A stretch of DNA of 64,000 nt from Tubulanus polymorphus. Lineage: Eukaryota; Animalia; Nemertea. A program made the position numbers and the translations under genes. The notes under the pieces are model-generated. The model did not search any database and was not told the origin of the DNA. It saw only the letters and a list, made by a program, of their open reading frames with translations. The stretch lies in the NCBI RefSeq assembly GCF_964204645.1, contig NC_134028.1:26656345-26720344 (forward strand), read 5' to 3'. Below, in pieces: positions 51,725 to 64,000 of the stretch (within the stretch, counting starts at the first letter, position 1; the number at the start of each line of letters is the position of its first letter).

Positions 51725-53141
51725 GATACTTTCCTTGATCTTGAATAAAGTCATTGAATAGAGAGAACTCAAAGCTAATCGGATGCTAATTTATCAATAT
51801 GCTAATAATGAGATTATCTACACTTTACTATGAGCCAAATGATACGTGTCACTTCTCGCATTAGTTTCTCTTCCTTTTCTCAAATTGAAATAAATAGATA
51901 CACCGTCTTTTCAACAGACATCAGCAGTCATAGACAACCATGACACAAGTAAATTTCCCGCATCGAATTCGTTCCTGGGGACGAGAGCATGTAGTACCTA
52001 GTGGCTGATTCGGGCCACGTAGAGAAAAGACATGACACTCGATCTACATTGAATTCTCAATCTACACTCAATTCTAATCCCAATTTTTCTATAAATGCTT
52101 CACTTCTACTCGTTTTACGCCACGTTTAAATCAGTTTTTTTTCCGAAAAGTGGAATGTTTGAAAAAATGGTGTAACTTGAATGGCATAAATGTTTCGATG
52201 TTGCCCGAATCCATCACCACGCATGAACCAATGCTTATTGTTGGTTCCCGAGGAAAATCTGGAACCATTATTTTTTGGTTGAACTGGAATTCGCGTTTCG
52301 TGCACGTGCATTTCTAACAACTACGATCGAAGTCTACGTACCCTCATTGGTATCGGTATATCCCCAGCCGGATATCTGGCAAACCGTATGTTCAGCAGGT
52401 TGGTTCTCATCTTGTGTAGGTAGTTGAATAGGTTTGATGTTATCAGTAAATGTAATAGAAGATGCCAGTTTGAGAACTGCTATGTCGTCGTAATCGGCAG
52501 GGCCTATGAAAGAATGAAGACACTGAAAAAAAGTGAATCACCACCTCAAGAAAAATTAAAGAAATCGATTCGATCTTACTCGTTCCGGGTTGTGTCGGGT
52601 ATGTTGTGTAAGAAGTTACGTTATATATGTTTTGGTTACTAGTTGTCAGAAGACTTCCTACAGAGACTGACAGATGAGAAGGGATCCTGCGGAGTAAATG
52701 AAACAAAAAGAATGGACCGATGAATAAACCGTTGATATGAATCACTAGAATTGCAATAACGTTCTAAATCAATCTACTAACTTAAACATGGATGATAACC
52801 TGGTGGAGGATATAGTTTGTATACCTACTCCCAGAAGAGGCAGTGAGCTGCTGTTAATATAGTTGTTTCATCCAGAATAGCCCCGCCGCAATCGTAAAGC
52901 CCATTTGAACGTATTTGAGCTTGCCACGGGATTTCACCTTCTGCTGCTGCTTCTTTACCATTTGCAATTCTCGATTCGGCCATTCCTACGAATTGTCCAA
53001 ACGAGGAAATATATGAGAAATCATTTTGAAGTGCACTGTGAAATTCTTTTCCTACCATTGATTTTTCATTAAGGAACCAAACGCACCAAAATCTACAACC
53101 GCAAAGTTCAGAACCGCCAGCATACAGAGATACCACATCAT
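50555..53141 (-). CDS. Trypsin-fold serine protease with atypical GYSGGP motif
   Basis: Probable signal exon 53141-53087, then ~52985-52829 (R|IANG..PWQ..CGG..TAAHC), ~52686-52580, ~52503-52342 (DDIAVLKL..GWG), 51410-51247 (HLCAG..DPCL) and 50743-50555 (GYSGGPLTC..PGIYTRVSKYVNWI). AATAAA lies just after the stop. Confidence 0.88.
51052..51182. mobile_element. MITE (PIF/Harbinger-like)
   Basis: TIR GGGCCGGTTGCTCAAAAGTTGGTTAAAG...CTTTAACCAACTTTTGAGCAACTGACCC, with CAG/CTG flanks. Confidence 0.75.
51488..52213. repeat. ~115-bp direct duplication (51488-51601 and 52101-52213) in one protease intron, with an (ATT)n microsatellite at ~51677-51724
   Basis: Both copies read CACTTCT.CTCGTTTTACGCCACGTTTAAATCAG...GGCATAAATGTTTCGATGTTGCCCGAATCC. 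Confidence 0.85.
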
Positions 53142-53570
53142 TATCTTTTGAGTTTCGCAGTACGAGTGTCAGGTTTGGTGAACACTTGTTTTGATAAGGC
53201 GACGTTACTAGGCCAGACCAAATATGTTCATTATTTCTGAAATCCCTGCTGAAAACTCTTTTCATAAATAAGATTTTATTTTCAAAGCAGTTCCTCATCT
53301 GAAGGGTGGTTGATTTCGACGCAAATCGACGCGGATTCTAAGGTCAATTGACAGGGAAAAGGGGAAAAGAGGATAAATATGTAAAGTAAACAAGGAAATT
53401 AGTGACGTATCCTAAAATATAGTGATGACGTTCCACACTGAGCACCTGCGAGAAGTGGTGATTTTTATATCGATCTATTGAATATGTCGAGTAAGTTACA
53501 TGTGTAAAAATCATATGAACAAGAATATTAACCGTTTATACATTTTCGTATATAGAAGAACGTAACACAA

Positions 53571-54230
53571 AACTGTGCATCTGGGTCGTGGAGGTCAGTC
53601 ACATCTTGGAGAACCCAGTCTGATGATTACTCCTAGGTCACACTGAACTGTGCATCTGGGTCGTGGAGGTCAGTCACATCTTGGAGAACCCAGTCTGATG
53701 ATTACTCCTAGGTCACACTGAACTGTGCATCTGGGTCCTGGAGGTCAATAGCACTGAACTGTGCATCTGGGTCCTGGAGGTCAATAGCGCTGAACTGTGC
53801 ATCTGGGTCCTGGTGGTCAAAAGCACTGAACTGTGCATCTGGGTCCTGGTGGTCAATAGCACTGAACTGTGCATCTGGGTCGTGGAGGTCAGTCACATCT
53901 TGGAGAACCCAGTCTGATGATTACTCCTAGGTCACACTGAACTGTGCATCTGGGTCCTGGTGGTCAATAGCACTGAACTGTGCATCTGGGTCCTGGAGGT
54001 CAATAGCACTGAACTGTGCATCTGGGTCCTGGAGGTCAATAGCGCTGAACTGTGCATCTGGGTCCTGGTGGTCAATAGCACTGAACTGTGCATCTGGGTC
54101 CTGGTGGTCAATAGCACTGAACTGTGCATCTGGGTCCTGGAGGTCAATAGCACTGAACTGTGCATCTGGGTCCTGGAGGTCAATAGCACTGAACTGTGCA
54201 TCTGGGTCCTGGAGGTCAATAGCACTGAAC
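53571..54230. repeat. Compound minisatellite of 36-bp and 75-bp related units
   Basis: 36-bp unit CTGAACTGTGCATCTGGGTCCTGGAGGTCAATAGCA; the 75-bp unit starts the same way. Order is 75x2, 36x4, 75x1, 36x8. Confidence 0.95.
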
Positions 54231-56598
54231 CGGGGTCCTGCAGAAGATGATAACGCAGAACTCAGTGGATCTGGGTCATTAAGGAGTAGAGTACAGTAAA
54301 ACACATACTCGGTCAGTATATCTATACGATCGAGTTCACATTACTAAATTATCTATTATACCACGTAATAAATGATAATAAAACAGGAAACATCTGCCTC
54401 GACATCTGACTGTTCGCGACATTCACTAATATCTGATCGGCTGGACAGCTCTCTACAGTCAACTGTATATAGTGGTCACCAAAATAAAATCGGATGAATA
54501 AATTTTCAGCGGGATTTTTTAGCATTCTTTAACTGACCAAAGTGAGAACAAACGCTGCAAGGTAAGGCTTCGATTAATGGTGCGCGATTCGTGGCGAATC
54601 ATTGGGAATTTCACTCATCCAAAATATTCGTTGATTATAGATTTCAAATTTTTGAGTGAGAATCAGCATTAATAAGAGTAGGCCCTATCGTAGAGTAGGC
54701 CCCTAAACTAATGAATTTTAACAGAAAAGTATGATTGAATTTGAATGTTAGAGCAGGTTTAATAAGGCTGTCACTGTGTCACGAGCTTCCGCGTCATTCT
54801 CTATCGAATTCAATTGAATTGTTTCGCTCTGTCAAACACAGTTGAATTGAATTATAAATAAATCGATCCTAAAATTAGTAAATTATCAAACATCAGTATG
54901 TATTGTACACATATAAACACCGTTAACTGCGCCTTATTTCTGTTAATATTTATACTTGTTGACACTCGGAAAAACAGAAGACTTTTCAAAAGTATTTTTG
55001 GTAACATTCACCGAGTTCACCGAATTGACCGGCACTGAGATTTTCTGATGGAATAAATTCACGATTTTAAGCTTTTAATATTAGTGGGGTTTTATCTTAT
55101 TATCTGTTCTCAACGTTTAAGTGTGGTTATTCTACTACCAGACAGGCTGTGTTCACACAACAGTTTGATGTCACTATAGATATATCTGCCAAGCACAGAG
55201 CCAGCGGTTTAGAATCAAAACCATGACAGTCTAAACTCATTTTGGCTCTACAGCAAATCCAATTTATAGGACCAGTTTAAGCTATTTTGGTTCTATAACC
55301 GATCTAACAACGTGAGACAAGTCTTTAGTTTATTTTGGGTTCAGTCAATCAATTTCGGATTCAAGTCACAAGTGTAGGGCTCAGATAGGTATCACGTCCG
55401 AGTCGATGTAAACAGCGCACTAATAAGTGTTGTAACAGGTGCATCTTATGGTTTTTACGAACACATTAGAAAAATCGAACAGATCTTAAAATCTTTTTCG
55501 ATCCTGTGATTGTGGGACTTACATTTTAGATGCTGTAATTGCCCCCCTTTTCTAACGGGAAATGTTTTGGTGTTATTATGAATATTCATTGAGAAATCAT
55601 CGTGTCTTAAAACACCTGCAGTATTTGTATGGCTATGATTTAACCATTTCGTACATGCACACCAATCGGTCCATTCTCGGTCCATTGGTCTGGGTAAAAG
55701 TCTCGTTAATACGCGTCAGACAGACAACAGCAAGCCTATACGTATTCAGCGAATACTTGCTTCACGCCGTTCAAAAATAAGTTTTTGTTTCGTTTATTTG
55801 ACATTCAATTGATGAATTAAGTGGATATCGATCTGGAATCGATTCGAATATGAATAAATATCCTGTTTCGACATCTGTCCACACATATATAAACTGTACC
55901 AGACCCGCGCGCGTCTGTATAGATACCATCAGAAGAGAATCATTCGAAAAACAGAAGAATATATTGCATTACCGCAGACAAAGAAAACCGAGTTCGAGTT
56001 GTTTAACTGCGTTGCCAAGTAACGACGTTGAGCTCGCGCACGTAACGCGCCGTCTCTGCAGCATCAGCGTTACACCGCGTCAACGCTGCGACGGCGACAC
56101 CAACGTGACGAGTTGATAACAATCAAATAAATGACTAATAAGTTCTAGGCGCACGCGCGCACAGCCGCCACTGCTGTTACGCCATTCTCAATATATACAC
56201 ACATCACGGTGAATTCATATTTTTACGCCGCCGGATCCCGCGTGCTTCTGGTGCTGACAATATTTTTTTGCGACGATAGATTTTAAAGTATACATTACTG
56301 AGAACTGTTTAGTTGGACCACTGGTATATCAATCGTTTAACTACAATTAATCAATATGGAATTTTAATCGTGCGAAATGATAGCTCAGCTGGAGTTGAAT
56401 TTCTTATCGGAAACAATGGGTAAGTTTGCGAAGGACTCACATTTTGGTTGTTGTATCTTGACACCTCCTGCGGCAAGTATGTAATACGGCGCGGGGTAGT
56501 AATGGTGAACTAACGACGGGCGTCAAATATGGCGGTAAATTTTGAGATGGTTTTTGGTAGAATATCACGACTGCAGGCGTCATGCGCGGTTTAAGCAC

Positions 56599-56783
56599 TA
56601 GCCAATCCATCGATTCAAGGCCAGTCGAAGCTAAATTGTTTTGGTTCTATAGCTAATCTGACTACTTGATACCGGTCTTAAGACTTAGGTCCACTTTTGA
56701 TAATCAGACCGGTATTAAGTAGTTAGATTAGCTATAGAACCAATCATTTAGCTTCGACTGGCCTTGAATCGATGGATTGGCTA
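56599..56783. repeat. Long near-perfect inverted repeat (foldback/MITE)
   Basis: TAGCCAATCCATCGATTCAAGGCCAGTCGAAGCTAAAT...ATTTAGCTTCGACTGGCCTTGAATCGATGGATTGGCTA; arms of ~80 nt. Confidence 0.85.
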
Positions 56784-57743
56784 AATACACATATTGTCCA
56801 TCAATGTGCAACTGGCCTCTGATTTAGTCAGTGAATCACAGGTGAATTTTTTTTAACAAGTTCTAGCTGACTGGACCAGGGGGTTAGGAGTATTAGGGAA
56901 CAACAAGTTAGATGTTTTTAGAGCATTGAACCGGGTGTTTGACAGCCCTCCAGACTAAGCCTACTCAGTTCCTGAGCGTGTAACTGGTGTTACACCAGCA
57001 TTTCAACGCACATACATTATAAACTGTTCGATATAGTTAGCTGTATATAACACACACCTGCAGAATTAATACTAATGTCGCCAAACCGTTCATTTCAATC
57101 GCATTCAATACTAAGACGACAGCGACAGAAAATCTAGCATTTGATGAAAACATCCTTGTGCGTTGCATGAGTCATAATGCAACCAGATCCTTTATTATAG
57201 GGATCAAAGCCGGAACCAGCATTGGCAATGAATACAGGACGTTAAACAAGTTCAGCCATGACCAACTCGAACTAATGACTACCACCACAAAAAATCATTT
57301 TTTTTTATTTCGTCCTATCCTATCGTGTTTTAGTTAGTTACCTAATCGTTGGTGGTAAGCTTTTTATAATCGATGGGCTGATGCCAATATCCGATCGTGA
57401 AACTAAACCACACACAGGTTACTGACTAATCGTGTTTATACTTAACTTTGATTAGGCTCGCATCGGGTCGATTTTTCAGGTCCCACTTTGCCCGATTTGA
57501 CCGAGGTCACCGCTGAGAAGGAAATACTTGTACAAAGAACGTGGATATTTTAACGATGAAACAAATTTCTGTTTCAGACGCTATTATGATATATAGTTAT
57601 GTAATTTATAGGATTTTCCTTAATTACAGCACGTTTAGATATATATCTGAGATGTTGATGATATCAGTATATATGAGATATCATTCCCTCGAGTTCGTGT
57701 CGATGTATCGCTTCTAACTAGCTTTAATTAACCGTCTTTTGCT

Positions 57744-58103
57744 TTAGGACCAATTTTGTGGCACATGGGGTTTCGGCTGCGCTAACTGGCACATGGGGCT
57801 TCGGTTAGAGTCTTCAGCTGCATTCTTTCGGGCCGTTTCCCATGTCGGATCATTTAATCCCAGTACTCTGACAATGATACGCGGTTTCTTTGGCCCGACC
57901 TCTTTTATTCTTGCCTTTGGGATGTCCATGTCAAAGTGATTCTAGGGCATCGGCGGACAGTCTGAGAACGTACCACGGCCAGCGCTATATCTCTCCTTGA
58001 CAACCTGACGATAGCATAACTTCGTTCAAGGATCGCATTACTTCCGCACAATTTCAAGTGTAACATCCACATACATCAGCATCCGACGCTCGATGTCAAA
58101 TAC
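57744..58103 (-). mobile_element. Degenerate 3' fragment of an RTE-type non-LTR retrotransposon ORF
   Basis: Broken frames give RWPWYVLRL...PKGKNKRGRAKET and LGL..TWETARK.A.D, resembling the RTE C-terminal RW.GHVLR...GKR.RGRPK.TW pattern. Stops and frameshifts are present. Confidence 0.55.
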
Positions 58104-58104
58104 A

Positions 58105-58568
58105 TGACCACACTCACCACATGTCCACGCTCAGGACATCACCACGCTTACCACATGTCCACGCTCAGGATATCACCACGCTTACCACATGTACACGCTC
58201 AGGACATCACCACGCTTACCACATGTACACGCTCAGGACATCACCACGCTTACCACATGTACACGCTCAGGACATCACCACGCTTACCACATGTACACGC
58301 TCAGGACATCACCATGCTCACCACATGTACACGCTCAGGACATCACCATGCTCACCACATGTACACGCTCAGGACATCACCACGTTTACCACATGTCCAC
58401 GCTCAGGACATCACCACGCTTACCACATGTACACGCTCAGGACATCACCATGCTCACCACATGTACACGCTCAGGACATCACCATGCTCACCACATGTAC
58501 ACGCTCAGGACATCACCACGCTTACCACATGTACACGCTCAGGACATCACCGACCATGCTCACCACAT
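58105..58568. repeat. 34-bp minisatellite, ~13 copies
   Basis: Unit ACCACATGTACACGCTCAGGACATCACCACGCTT. Confidence 0.95.
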
Positions 58569-61500
58569 GAATCGTTTCTGTTCGCGTTAATTATTTAAAC
58601 CATATACAAACAATCGGATCTCATTCAGGAAAGGTACTAATAACCCTATAGCTGCTTTGGAAGAGGGATAGTGTCACATAGTTCCCACCAGATATTTGGC
58701 ACACAGCTCGCGGAACTGTGGTACAAGGCGAATAACCCGCGGGGATAATGCGGGAAAACATATCGGACTCTCCTCTGTGAATATGGCAGACGCGCCACTG
58801 AGACGCATAGGAACTATTCCATAGTAATGTGGGGCGCACCGACCTAATATGGCACTCCGGGAACGATAAAGCACGTTTTACAATAATATTTACCCGTCTA
58901 TATTCATTAACCAGCTTATTAAATGCTATAATAGAAGCTCGAATTAATAGGACAATAAAATACAGATGCACATTTATTGTACCTGGTACGTACACGGTTA
59001 TACGTAATACCCAGTCAGTATGCGGGGTTTCAGCTGATATAACACTTGTTCTTCCTCAACTCTACAAAATGAATGCGCGCCTTTTTCGGAAATTTTGTTT
59101 CACATATTTCAAATTCAAATAGATGATCGATCTATATTTCGCCAAATTAACTCTAAAACGCAGGAACAAATCGTTTAGACCTAGACCGTCCCAGCAATCG
59201 AAGGTGTGATCTACAGCATGCTAACCAGTCTAGCCGTGCTTACCACCAGACAAATGAGTAATTGCAATTTAAACGCAATTTTTCTGGTCAGCGCGGTGGC
59301 CATTTAGCTGTCGTAACCAGTCAGGCGTGGTGTGATCTGAGATTGTCAAATGCTACATTCACTAACTATACGGCCTATCATAATCTGATTGCAATAGTTT
59401 CATTACATTTGACTCGTTTCAAATCAATCACATTACGACAAATTATTCAAACTAATATTTTGTATTGTCGGTTACCAACTACTCTGCGGGTATATTCTAA
59501 TTCTAACGGCGATAACTCCATGGCAACCGGGATTATCTGAGATCCGACTGATCGCTGCTGGAAACATTAATAAAATAAAAACTTGTACGTTACACGATTG
59601 TCGTCTTGACGTCTATGAAGCGACTAGTCATAATTAACAAGATACATAAAATGAGTATTCGGTAAAGATGTCGGATGGGTCCTGGGAGCGATGAAATGCG
59701 GGAGAGCGTAGAGAAGACAAAATCCCCATTATTCAAAAGTTGAAAGAACATAATCTATCTATTCGATAAAAGATTGAAAGAAACGGTGTTTTGGACTCAT
59801 TCCGAGGATCATCGTCACGTGTAAAGATAACTTCAAAAACATGAACGATTACGAAATAACGAATTCGAATTGTTTCGCGTGATTTCATTGGTCGAACTGC
59901 GATCCGTTATGCAAATCATCCAACGATGACGTAGAAGACGAGAAGGAAATCCATTTTTTTACGAATCATCAAAATCTGATCATTTAAACGTTCTATGATC
60001 GTTTGTCTCGTTGTCTTCATATCGGATTGTGTCAATGTGACACACGACGACGTCGTCAAGTCGGCTGCCAATACTGATTGAATTCACTGAAGGAATTGCG
60101 CAGTGAATGTTTCAGCTCGGTTACTCGCTAATCGTCGTCTTGTCCCCGGCGTCCTTTTGGAATTTCCTGCTTCGTCGATTAGGAAATCGATTCAATTTAT
60201 CGATGTTTCTATAATAATGTTACCTTTCGACGCTTTAGAATTAGCGGTACGTAAGATAAATTACATAAGTCTTACCCTTCACCAGCACGAACCGTTCCGA
60301 CCCCTGTTTTATTGCTACACACATTTTTCTTTCCGTCCCATCAAACGCACGATAAACGAATTATATCCGTCCGAACGGGATTTATTCATCTTGCATTAAC
60401 ATCGATTGTCTAAGCCAATATTTATCATTGATGCTACATGGAATATTTGATATGTTTAATTATCCATTCTGTATGTAGTGGAGCGAGGGCTTCGGGCTAT
60501 TAATGATTCGAGGTAGAATACTAATTTATCCGTTCGCACGGAATTTTGACAGCAGTCGTTGATAATTCAATCCTGTAATTCTTAAAGCCCGTCTCCCACC
60601 TTTACGATTAATCGTATGATCGTATTTTCGTATGATCGTAGAAAGCTGTGCGGCGGCAACCGGAACCGATTTCATCGTGATCACACGATGATCATTAAGA
60701 TGTGAGCCGGGCTTTAGTTTGTCTTTTTTGGGGGATCGGGGCTTCTCTATCGCGATAAGCCCTTCAAATAGCCATGAGAGCTAGTTGGAAGATATACTGC
60801 TGGCCCAGCTGATGCAGAAACATGACTAAAGTCCGAAAGTGGCCTAACATCATAGAACCGATCCTAAGTTGTTAGACTGGCTATAGAATTATGGTCGTGC
60901 CGGGTCATGAATTTAATTGTCATACATCTAAGAAGCTTTGCCTGTGCTAATGACTCGAGTACTCGAGTGATTGTGGACTCTTATAATGTCTAATAGTGGA
61001 AACTTCATCCAAGCCCAAGATCAGATACATTTGTTTTAGCCACGGAATGCGTTGCAATGCGGATGTATTACTAATCATGATGGTGACCCATTGATTCTTA
61101 ATTGTTCTGTTTTTATGGTATCATTGTTGTTTGGGTGCGAACCATTCAAATATCCGATAGATATATAATATAGCCTGTTTAACGATGAATCTATTCCGAA
61201 TAAATTAATTAAACTAACCATCGCTGAGATCCTCCTCGATAACAACCAATTCAACTTCCTATCGATTCGTGCGTTTAATGCCATTTCTGAGAGTAGCGTC
61301 TTATTATTATGCGCTATATTCTGACCGCTGCTGATTATATATATGTAAGTCTGATAATCGCTTCATTCTGTAATCTGTTTGATCTAATTTCATCATCTCT
61401 ACAACTAGATGAGGATGGATTACTTCCGATTGTGTTAATGATGTGTAATCAACGCGAGCATGTTTATATTGAATACAGTTCGGTTTAATTTGATTCTGAT

Positions 61501-62846
61501 TTCGAAATTAGTTTATTTCTATCCGGAGACAAATTTTACGGAACCGTTCGTTGCTAATTTGCATACATCTCATTTCATGTTAATTCCCCATCTCCAATTC
61601 TCCATGAGTTTGTCACAAACTCATCTCGTCAAGGAACTAATGACAACCCAGAAAAACTCCGAAAATCCACCGTAAAACGTATTGATATGGATAAACATCG
61701 AACTGAACATTGAACATACATTAGCGCGATATCTGTAACGACCCAAGTATTATAAAGATTTTGATTTCATTCAGTTCCAGGTGGTAGCGATGGTGATAAC
61801 TCATAGTAACTGTAAAATATCGATAATTTACAATTTCACCGTTCCCTACTCAGTACAGACCTGTAATGCATGCGCAGCATATATCTACAATATACCTGAC
61901 AACCATATCACTACAGCTCACAATATCCAATACGCGTTTCAATTACTTTCCGGTTGTTCATGCCGATATAAAATGTAATATATCTATTGATGATATCAAA
62001 AGTGCGTGGGCGTTTTCGATACAAGTTGGTTGAAATGATAAAAATCTAATCGCTCCTCGTAAACGATGGCTAACTGGTGATCCGTAACTGCTTCTAATCA
62101 ACGTAACCCAGATCTATTTCATCAAAATATTTTATTGAAATATTCCGCAAAGGAATCCGCTTTTTGGCTGGGAAACGTTAAACATATCGATTCGCTCATA
62201 TTTTCAACTTAGGCAACATAATAGGTTAATCTTGGCATAGTTGGTGCGGGTGATTTCAAATCAAATTACGATATGAAATGATTCTGAAATGTTTGTGCAG
62301 AAATGTCCCTCACTATTGGCATTATACGTTAATATACGTTTGGAAATATTATAACCGAACCATTTTAACAGTTAGAAAGAGAGGGCGGGTTAACTCAGTG
62401 CTGGAACCTTTCCTAACGATATAATAACGGTAAGTTCATGAACTAAATAGATATTATAGCCGGAGGTTGCTATATTGTAGTCTTCAGAATCCAGTTCCAC
62501 ACTGTGAATTGGTATTCGATTCTAAACTTACTAGAAATTGACCACATTATGTAGAGTATTTCTAATTCATGTTACAACTAATGCTCTAACAATGGCTTCA
62601 CGTTGTTTGTGATCGAACCTAAGAGAAATAAAATGCTAGTTTTCGAGGCAGTGCGCGGCAGGTGTGCGGCGTAAGTATGACTACATGTATTTGACTTATT
62701 TCGTATCGAATATTTGTCCAGCGCTGAATTATTAAAAACCATCGCAACTCACAGGGCTCTCAGTGGTTTGAACCTGTCATATCGCAGACAAAATAAGGAA
62801 ACTATGAAAGATCTTGATAATTTCTGTTGTCGTTTTGTCTTTTCAG

Positions 62847-62889
62847 ATGCAAGAAGGGAGTAATCAGAAAAACGAAGATGCTAAGAGTG
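62847..62889 (+). other. Possible small exon of a gene continuing beyond the window
   Basis: Strong polypyrimidine tract + CAG, then ATG CAA GAA... (MQEGSNQKNEDAKS) and donor G|GTACGT. Upstream GTAAGT donors at ~56420 and ~62671 could end 5' UTR exons. No homology recognised. Confidence 0.3.
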
Positions 62890-63228
62890 GTACGTGTATC
62901 TATCTAGATATAGAATTTTGTCTAGAAATTGATGTCTGCAGCGTGCATGATGTCGTCATATGATTGACCGTCACTGGCTGGAGACTTGCCAAACATAATG
63001 TTAAAAATCGGGAGTTTACAAATCCAGGGGTTTTTGTCATGTAAATCAGTCATTGCATTCGCTTGTCAGTTTGGTGTCGTCAACGTGTCGAAAAGCACAT
63101 ATGGCTAAAACCTACATACATTAGAATGCTGCTTTTAAAAACTCCCCCTATGACGACTCTTGATTGTCACCATGGGAATCTATATGTATCCGTTGATAAA
63201 TCAGTTATTCATTCCTACTAATCCCCAG

Positions 63229-63336
63229 GGTCCAGTTCCACAGTTCTGAGTTAAGATTTAACTCTGAGTTAACTAATCGAAAATGAACTAACTTTAACTC
63301 AGAGTTAACTCTAACTCACGACTGTGGAACAGAGTC
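63229..63336. mobile_element. MITE (PIF/Harbinger-like), CAG TSD
   Basis: Same family as 26282-26389; CAG at 63226-28 and 63337-39. Confidence 0.75.
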
Positions 63337-64000
63337 CAGGATCGCAGAACTATGTCATCATGATCTCTCACAAAAATTCTTCGTGTTTGAGTACACGATG
63401 TTACGTATGTAGATGAGTAGTTCCAGGGTCCCTTGGCGGTCAGGTTTTCTCAACGGATCTATGTATACATGTTTTTGTGCTACAAGCTGTCACCACGACG
63501 ACACTACGTATAAACTAAACACACGAAGACATCTGTCACAATGCGCGCATTAAAAATATCACAGTACGGCTAAATTACCGTTTAAACGATAAACATTCCT
63601 AGGGATAAAGGGCATAGTTTTTTTACCAAACAAATTTTCCAAGTGCACTCGAAGTTTGTCTCTGCGATTTTAAACTTCCAGTGAATATTCGATTTCGTAT
63701 TGGATATTATCTATATTCATATTTTCTCCTTTGCTCCAATGTTAATCCTGCCATGCCAATTCTATCTAGCCATATACTTGAGGTACCAGTTCCACAGTGT
63801 GTTGGTAAGATCTGACTCTTAGTTCACTTCCAATAAATAGGGCTGAAGCTAGAGTTTTATATTACGCCACCACTGTGAACTGGATACAGTTCTAACTCCT
63901 TGAATTCTCAATTTCGTCAAATACTGACTGCCTTGTCTACATGTCAGGGCAGCCATACTCCTGGCATTTATCGTCAATGCACGTACAGATGATAATTTGC

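Noticed and set aside
52986-53298. Long N-terminal extension of ORF 52825-53298
   Set aside because: The part upstream of the acceptor at ~52986 is read-through of intron and UTR; the signal peptide is in another frame (53141-53087).
58104-58598. Three overlapping His/Thr-rich ORFs
   Set aside because: A by-product of a stop-free 34-bp unit cycling through all frames; no splice or domain support.
58621-62000. Scattered 60-125 aa ORFs in the distal region
   Set aside because: No domain signatures or phase-compatible exon chain; consistent with chance ORFs in intronic or intergenic DNA.

Overview
AT-rich, intron-containing animal genomic DNA, invertebrate-like (short GT-AG introns, no obvious CpG depletion); it is not prokaryotic. 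I assembled spliced models by hand for ten genes, in order: inositol hexakisphosphate kinase (-), a NAT16/histidine N-acetyltransferase-like GNAT with one frameshift (-), microsomal triglyceride transfer protein large subunit (-), an ABCG2-like half transporter (+), a secreted PAN+GON-domain protein (+), a 3xCUB-LDLa-trypsin protease (-), an LRRC74-like protein (+), a head-to-head pair of unrecognised signal peptide/coiled-coil/TM proteins (- and +), and a trypsin-fold protease with GYSGGP in place of GDSGGP (-). The last ~10 kb is mostly non-coding. Non-genic elements include minisatellites, two MITE groups, tRNA-derived SINEs, an RTE LINE remnant and several Penelope-type minimal hammerhead ribozyme motifs. 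The most unusual observations are a ~44-copy tandem array built from the IP6K exon/5' splice-site junction in a gene that also has a U12 intron, the divergent pair of coiled-coil receptor-like genes, and the stand-alone PAN-GON protein. Exon coordinates were read by eye and may be off by a few nt. Family assignments come from motif recognition, not database searches.
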